From Bacteroidota bacterium (GTDB taxonomy: Bacteria; Bacteroidota; Bacteroidia; Chitinophagales; LD1), in the NCBI GenBank assembly GCA_016715625.1, contig JADJZU010000012.1, positions 20,287-84,286 on the forward strand: a stretch of 64,000 nucleotides of DNA, in the 5' to 3' direction. A program made the position numbers and the translations under genes. The notes under the pieces were generated by a model, which was not told the DNA's origin, did not search any database, and saw nothing but the letters and a program-made list of their open reading frames with translations. Shown here piece by piece: positions 49,001 through 58,000 of the stretch. The stretch's first letter is position 1, and every line of letters starts with the position of its first letter.

Positions 49001-52000
49001 TAGTGGTATCACAACGGGATGGTATTCCATTGTCGCAAATCACAAAACATAATGAATCGGCACCGTTGAAATTCAATACTCCGGTGTATGTGAAACACAA
49101 CTGGTCTGTAATATTGCTAAGTGTTACACTGGTTACAGAACCATTCACCGGGTTGCATAACTGTGCATACGAATGCAAGTCAGTTACATCCGAATCAGTG
49201 AATGGAATACAAATGGTAATCGGACAATCTTCACAGGTAGTAACGGTAGTGTCCGGAATAAACGGAGGATCATTCACACCCGTTACAGTAATATAAGCTG
49301 TTGCGGTGTCGCACAATGACGGCAACGGAGTGCCATTATCGCACACCACATAAACGAATGAATCTAATCCGCTGAAGCTAGCGCCCGGTGTGTAAGTAAA
49401 TGAACCGTTTCCGGCAATTACTCCACCTGACAATGTTCCGTTAGATGGACCGGTGAGTGGTGTAGCAGTTACCGTCAGCGAACTTACCGGATTTCCGTCT
49501 GCGTTATCGTTATCATTAGCTCTAACACCTGTGCCAACCGGAACGGTTAAGGCAACATCCTCTTGCGTGCTATAATTATCATTTAGTGCAATTGGAGGAT
49601 CATTAACCGGTGTAATATTAATTCGGATGGTCGTTGTATCACATCTACTTGGTGTTCCATTATCACAAATTACGATGCAGAGACTATCCGCTCCATTGTA
49701 GTTTGTCACACCGGTGTAGGTAAAGCAAATTTGATCGGTAACATCGCTTACCGTTACGTTGCTCAATGCACCGTGCAATGGATTGCAAAGGACTGCTATA
49801 GAATGAACATCTGAAGCTTCTTCATCCGTAAACGGTATGCACACAGTTATAGGACAATCTTCGCAGGTAGTGACAGTAGTGTCAGTTACCACCGGAGGAT
49901 CATTTACACTACCGATATTAATGTATGCAACACCGGTATCGCATAGGGATGGCAGCGGAGTGCCTGCATCACATACCACATAGCAGAAAGAATCAATACC
50001 ACTAAAGCCGGATGCCGGAGTGTAAGTAAATGAACCGTTGGCATTAAGCGTTAAGGCTCCTGTCACAGGTCCACATAATGGTGTTGTGGTAATCGTAAGT
50101 GAACTGGTAGGATTGTTATCGGCAGCATCATTATCGTTGGCGCGAACTCCTGTGCCCACCGGGATATTGATAGCAACATCTTCAATGGTAGAATAGTTAT
50201 CGTTTACAGCTACCGGAGGATCATTCACCGGTGTTACTGTAATACGGATGGTAGTTGTGTCGCAGCGAGTAGGAACTCCATTGTCACAAACCACTACACA
50301 AATAGAATCCGAGCCATTAAAATTGAGGTTGCCGGTGTAAGTGAGGCACAACAAATCCGTAATGTTATTGATGCTCACATTTGACACGGTTCCATTGGAT
50401 GCATTACATAACACTGCGTATGCATGTACATCGGTCACGTCAGCGTCTGTAAATGGAATACAAATATTGATTGGACAATCTTCACAGGTTGTTACGGTAG
50501 TGTCCGGAATAAACGGAGGGTCGTTCACACCCGTTACGGTAATGTAGGCAGTGGCTGTATCACACAGAGATGGAAGTGGTGTTCCATTATCACATACCAC
50601 ATAAACAAATGAATCGAGTCCACTGAAATTAGAAGCTGGGGTATAAGTAAATGCACCATTTCCGGCAATCACACCTCCGGTTAAGGTTCCGTTAGCAGGG
50701 CCAGTAAGCGGTGTGGCTGTCACAGTCAGAGAACTTACCGGGTTACCATCGGCAGCATCATTATCGTTGGCTCTTACACCGGTTGCTGCAGGCACTGTTA
50801 AAACAACATCCTCCGAAGTAGTGTAATTGTCATTCAAAGCTACAGGCGGATCGTTTTTCGGAGTAATTACAATGGTGATTGTTGTCGTGTCACATAGAGA
50901 AGGGACTCCGTTGTCACACACAATCAAACATAAACTGTCCGTTCCGTTGGCGTTCGTGTTAGGAGTATAAGATACACATAACACATGCGAAAGATTATTC
51001 ACGGAATTGGTAGCAGTTCCCAGCACAGGAGCTCCACAACTTGTGGTAAAGTGGAACTGAGTAGCATTTTCTGGGTCACTGATAGGAACACAAATAGTTA
51101 CCACTGTAGTATCTTCCGGTATGGTAACTGTAGCATTTGGCACTACAGGCGGATCGTTTACCGGAACCACTGTAATGTAAGCTGTAGCTGTATCGCACAG
51201 ATTTGGAGTTCCTCCATCGCAATCGCTGTATACAAAAGAGTCTAATCCTGCAAAGTTAGGTGCAGGGGTGTAGGTGAAGCCTCCATTTGCATTCAAAGTC
51301 AATGTGCCATTAGTCGTAGTAGTAACAATAGTAGATGTTTCCGTTGGGCCATCTACATCATTATCGTTATTCAACACACCAGGAGCAGCTATCGTTAACG
51401 GCTGGTCTTCGTTGGTGGTATAGTTATCATTTTGAGCCACTGGAGGATCGTTCACCGGATTCACGTTCACGTATACTATTCCTGTATCGCACTTCGTAGG
51501 AACACCATTGTCGCAAACAATCAAACAGAAACTATCTACACCCCCAAAGTTTGCACCAGGTGTGTAAGTAACACAAACAGCATGCGGATTCGAAACGTTG
51601 TCTACACTTAAAGCACTCAAAGCTCCGTTGGTTGGGAAACAACCCACCGCAGCCACATGCAAATCAATCAGGTCAATCTCTGTAATTGGAATACAAACGG
51701 TGATGGCAGTATCTTCTGAAGTAGTGATAGTAGTATCTGGGATAAATGGTTTGTCATTCACCGGTGTAACCGTAATGTATGCTGTCGCTGTGTCACATTT
51801 TACAGGTGAGCCTGCATCACAAACAGCATATACAAATGAATCCGGACCGAAGTAGTTAGTCGTAGGAACGTAGGTAAATGTTCCATCACTATTCAAGGTT
51901 AAAGTTCCGTTTGTGGTATTCACTAAAGGAGTGGTGTTATAGTTGAGCACTACACCATCCGGATCACTATCGTTTCCGGATACAGTTGCGTTAAGTGTCT

Positions 52001-55000
52001 GGTCCTCCGGAGTGGTAAAAATATCGTTACCGGCAATAGGCGGAACGTTTACACAACGGTAATCAAGCACGACTACTCCGGTATCACAACGGTTTGGAGA
52101 ACCACCATCGCAGATAATATAAGCGAAGGAGTCCATACCGATAAAACCAGGAGTTGGAGTGTAAGTGAAATTACCCAAAGGCTGTAGAGCCGTTAATGTT
52201 CCGAAGAATGGACCAGCACCAAATACAGTTCCCTGCACAGTCACATTCGGACCGTCAATATCCGAATCATTAATCAATACATTTTTGGTCACGGCCGTAT
52301 CTACACAAGATACATAGTAATCATCCACAGCTACCGGTTTATCATTTACAGGTGTTACTGTAATACTGATTTTTGCCGTGTCGCACCCTTGAGGTGATCC
52401 GTTATCGCAAATCACAACACAGATAGAGTCACTGCCATTGAAATTTGCAGTAGGTTGGTAGGTGATGCAAACGGTGTGAGGGTTAGATAGATTATTAACG
52501 ATGCTGGAAGTAATGATACCATTATTGGGTCCGCAGAATACTTCAGATACAAAGTGCGTTTGAGTTGCACTCTCTGAATCAGTAATTGGCAAACATACCG
52601 TCAGTGGAACATCTTCCGGAGTAGTGACCGTAGTATCGCGAACTACTGGTGGATCGTTTACATCCTGCACGGTAATATAGGCTACTGCTGTATCGCATAG
52701 GGATGGTAGTGGAGTTCCGCTATCGCAAACTCGGTAAACAAATGAATCAACCCCGTTGAAATTGGTAGCCGGAGTATAGGTAAACGAGCCATTTGTGTTC
52801 AAGGTCAGTGTACCATTATTAGGGCCGGAAATCGGTGAGGTCGTTACTGTAAGTGAAGTAACAGGATTTCCATCAGCAGCATCGTTATCATTATTTCTAA
52901 CACCGGTTACAGCAGAAGTAGTGAGCGCAACATCTTCATTTGTAGTGTAGAAATCATTTACCGCTACCGGAGGATCGTTCACCGGAATTACGCTGATACT
53001 GATTTTTGCTGTATCGCATAGAACAGGAGAACCGTTATCGCAAATAATAACGCAGATAGAATCCGAGCCATTAAAATTCAGAGCCGGTGCATAAGTAACG
53101 CATACTACATGGGGGTTAGATGTATTGTTAACGGAAGTTCCGGTAATGGTCCCACTATTCGGTCCACAGTAGGTTCCAAACAATATGTGTGTTTGAGAAG
53201 CTGACTCCGGATCTGCAATTGGCAAGCAAACTGTAAATGGAACATCTTCAGGAGTCGATACAGTGGTATCGCTTACAACCGGTGGATCATTCGCTGGCGT
53301 TACGTTAATGGTTACGCAAGCAGTATCGCAGGCAGCAGGAATTTCGTTATCGCAAACTCGGTAACAGAAGTTATCTGTTCCGGTAAAATTCGAATTTGGA
53401 ATATAAGTAAACGATCCGTTTGCATTCAGCGTAAGTGAGCCATTGTTTGGTCCACTACCGCTTATTGTTCCTGTAACCGTTAGCGGTTGCTGTGGATTAG
53501 CCGGATCGTTGTCGTTGGCTAACACTCCTGGAGCTGGTATGGTTAATGTTACATCTTCGGGAGTAGTATAATTATCATCCACGGCTACTGGTGGACAAGA
53601 AGTTACAGAAACAGTAATGGATGCAGGAGCAGAGACGCAACCATTAACAGTGTCAGTTACTGTATACACACCACTCATGGCTGGTATAGCAAGCGCACGT
53701 GCAATGTTTTGTGTATTGGCTGTAAATCCGGATGGACCTGTCCATCCGTAAGTGGCACCCGGAATATTAGATGCAAATATTTTTAAAGTATCTCCATAGC
53801 AGCGCGGACTATTGCTGGTGAGTACAGGCGCTGGTGGATTTACCGGATCTGTTAAACTAACAGGCCCTCCGAAAATGCCCGAGGTACACCCTGACAGGGA
53901 AGCTGTAAAGTTGGAATAGTTACCAGCAGTAAGTCCGGTAAGGATTACCTGTCCACTGGCATTAGCTAACAAGGTTCTTGGTGTTTGAGGATTACCGTTC
54001 AAGCTAAAGTTAATAGTATAAGTCTGTCCGGCTATCAATCCGCTCAAGGTAACAGAACCTTGCGCTCCACCGCAGGTAGTTGGGTTACTGCCGGTTGCAG
54101 TCGTAATTGATGGCGTAACGTTCACTACAACAGTAACAGTAGCTGCTGGAGAGACACAACCAAAAACAGTTTGAGTCACAGAGTAAACACCCGCCATAGC
54201 AATACCCACATTAGTTCTCACAATTGGAGATCCGGTAGCGGTAGGACCATCGGGGAACTGCCAAGATAAATTGGAGCCGGTGGCTGATAGCGTCAAAGTT
54301 CCTCCTGTGCACACAGGGTTTGGAGTTGCTGTTACGTTTGTTGGAGCAGATGGATTTGAAGGGTCTGATAATATAACCGGTCCCGCGAATGGAGCCGAGC
54401 TGCAGCCATTTATTGAAACTGTAAAGTCAGCATAAGTTCCGGCATTAAGCCCCGTAATGGTCAATTGACCACTTCCGTTAGTTGAAAACGCAAATGGACC
54501 TTGTGGAACTGTATTGCGGGTGTAAGATACTTGATAAAGTGATGATGGAACTAATCCGCTCAATGTGATAGAACCACTTGATCCACCACAAGTTGTTGGA
54601 TCTGAACCAATAGCTGAAACAATAGATGGCGTTTGATTGATAGTTACATTAACTGTAGCTGGTGGCGACACACACAATGCAATGGTTTGTGTAACTGAAT
54701 AAACACCGGCCATTGCAGTCGTTACATTGTTTCTGGTTACCGGTGAGCCAGAGGCAGTAGGCCCGTCAGGATATGTCCAGGATAAATTGCTGCCTACAGC
54801 CGACAAAGTAAGTGTATTGCCTGAACAAATTGGATTTGGATTAGCTGTAACACCAGTTGGAGCTGATGGTATAGCCGGATCATTCAGCACAATTGGCCCT
54901 AATACCGGTGCAGAAGTACATCCGTTCAAGGTCAGTGTAATGCTGCTGTAACTAGCCTGGTTCAATCCGGTTATAATTAGATTTCCGGCCCCATTCGTTG

Positions 55001-58000
55001 AAATGTTAACCGGGCCTACAGATGAACCGTTTCTTAGATAAGATACTGCATAAACAGTATTCGGATTTAAAACACCGAGTGTGATAGTACCATTACTTCC
55101 ACCGCAGGTAGTTGGATTGGTACTGCTTGTGGTCGTAACGATTGGTGTTTCATTGACGGTTACCGTTACCGTAGCAGGAACAGAAGTACAACCCGCAACC
55201 GTTTGAGTTACGTTATAAACACCACCCATAGCAGTAGTTACCGGAGTTCTTACTACTGGAGAACCGGCAGCTGTTCCACCACCGTTAGGGAAAGTCCAAC
55301 TGAGGTTGGCACCCGTTGCAGTAAGCGTTAATGTACCTCCTGTGCATACCGGATTTGGTGAAGCAGCTACATTCGTAGGTGCTCCGGGGGTTGATGGATC
55401 TGTAAGTAATACCGGACCGGCAAAAGCTGCTGAAGGACACCCGTTTAAGCTTACAATAAAGTTGGTATAAGAACCTGCATTTAATCCCGATATAGTGATT
55501 TGTCCACTTCCGTTACTGGTCAGGTTAAATGGTCCTTGCGCAACTCCGTTGCGAGAATACAGCACATTGTAAGTTGTATTATTCGCAAGTCCGCTCAGTG
55601 TAATAGTGCCTTCAAAACCACCACAGGTAGTAGGACCGCTACCGGTTGCATTGGTGATTATTGGAGTAGGATTGACATTTAACGTTACGCAAGTTTGAGG
55701 AGATGTACATCCCAATACAGTTTGTGTCACACAATAAGAGCCGGCCATATTTGTGGCAGTAATATTTCTGGTAGGATCTTCGAGAGCACTCACAAAAGTT
55801 TGCGGACCAGTCCATGACCAAATAGCCCCTGCTTGCCCTGTAGCATTAAACTGTACCGTATTGCCAACACAGGCAGGATTTGGAGATACAGAAACTAGAG
55901 TAGGAGCTGCTGGTGTAGCCGGATCAGATAAAATTACCGGTCCTGCAAACGGTGCAGATGTGCAACCGGATACCGAAACGGTAATATTGGAATAGCTTCC
56001 TGCATTCAAATTTATAATGGTGAGCACACCACTGCCGTTTGTTGTTCTGCTTACAGGTGTTGCGGCAGATAAATTTCTTGAATAATTAACGGTATAGGTT
56101 GTGTTGGCGGCTAAGCCAGTAACTGTTATAAATCCGTTTGTTCCGGAGCAAGTGGTAGGGTCAGTGCCAACTGCGCTCGCTATAGATGGAGTAGTATTTA
56201 CGACAACAGAAACGGTGGCAGGTGAAGATGTACAGTTAGCTACCGTTTGGGTAACAGAATAAACACCGGCCATAGCCAAGGTCACATTCGCTCTGGTGAC
56301 AGGTGAGCCAGAAGCTCCACCACCATCAGGATAAGTCCAAACTAATCCGGTTCCTGTAGCACTCAAAGTCAGCGTATTACCGGTGCAAATAGGATTTGGA
56401 GATGCGGTCACATTAGTAGGTGCACCTGGGGTGCTTGGATCAGTCAAAACAATTGGACCGGCAAATGGTGCAGAGGTACATCCGCTTAATGAAACAGTGA
56501 TAGCGGCATAAGAACCGGCAGTTAATCCCGGAATTACCAACTGTCCACTTCCATTCGAAGTACCACTTCCACTTTGTGCAGTTCCGTTTCTGGTGTAGTT
56601 AAAAGAGTAACTGGTATTGTTTAGCAGACCGGTAATCGTAATAAACCCGTTACTACCACTACAGGTTGTTGGATTAGTACCAGTTGCTCCGGCAATGGAT
56701 GGAGTTGCGTTAACCACTAATGTGACACAAGCTTGTGGAGATACACAACCTGCCACTGTTTGAGTTACACAGTAAGAACCACCCATATTGGTTGCTGTTA
56801 TACTTCTGGTCGGATCCTCCAATGCACTTACAAAAGTTTGTGGGCCTGTCCATGACCAGGTTGCCCCCGCTTGACCGGTTGCATTAAACTGTACCGTGTT
56901 GCCGGTACAAATTGGATTGGGTGTAGCAGAAACGGCAGTTGGTGCGCTTGGAGCGGCTGGATCTACCAACAAAATAGGGCCTGCAAAAGGTAAAGAGGTA
57001 CATCCACTTGCAGTCACAGTTATGTTGGTGTAGTTACCGGCATTCAAATTGATAATCGTCAACACACCCGAAGCATTCGTAGTGCGACTCACTGGAGTAG
57101 CCGGTGTACCATTTCTGGAATAGTTTACCGTATAGGTTGTACTGGCAGCAAGACCACTTACCGTAATAAATCCTTCCGTACCGTTACAGGTAGTAGGACT
57201 GGTGCCCACTGCATTAAGAATACTTGGAGTTTGATTAACTGTTACTGATATTGTAGCAGCGCTGGAAGTACAATTATTAACCACCTGCACCACAGAATAC
57301 AAACCGGACATAGCGGTAGTAGCATTCAATCGGCTAACGGTGCAACCGCTATTGAAACAGCTATCCAAGAAACTGGCAGGACCCGACCATCTGAACTTAG
57401 CGGTAGCGTTACCGGAAGCTGAGAGATTTAAAGTTTGACCGGAGCAAAGCGGTGTATTGGCTGTCAAATTAGTTGGTGCAGCCGGGTTCGTTGGATCAGA
57501 TAAAACAACCGGTCCCGCAAACAAAGCTGAGTTACATCCATTTAAAGACACCATGAAGTTGGAATAGGACCCTGCATTTAAGCCGGTGATAACCAGTTGT
57601 CCCGCTCCATTTGTTGTGAACGTAGGTGCCGGAGGTGAAATAGGTGTTCCATTTCTGGAGTAAGTCACTGTATAAGTAGTGTTGGCAGAAAGTCCTCCTA
57701 AAGTGATGGTACCATTCACTCCACCACAGGTAGTAGGTCCTGCTCCTACGGCTGACCCAATAACAGGAAGTGGGTTAACTACCACGTTTATCGTAGCCGG
57801 ATTGGATTGACATCCGTTTACTGATTGAGTAACAGAGTAGGTACCAGCCATTGCCAATGTTACCGGAGAACGAACAATAGGTGAGTTAGGGGCCGTACCT
57901 CCACCGGGGAATGTCCAAGTCAAGTTACTGCCGGTTGCGGAAAGTGTCAAAGAGCCTCCCACACAAACAGGATTTGGTGATGCTGATATACTTCCCGGTG

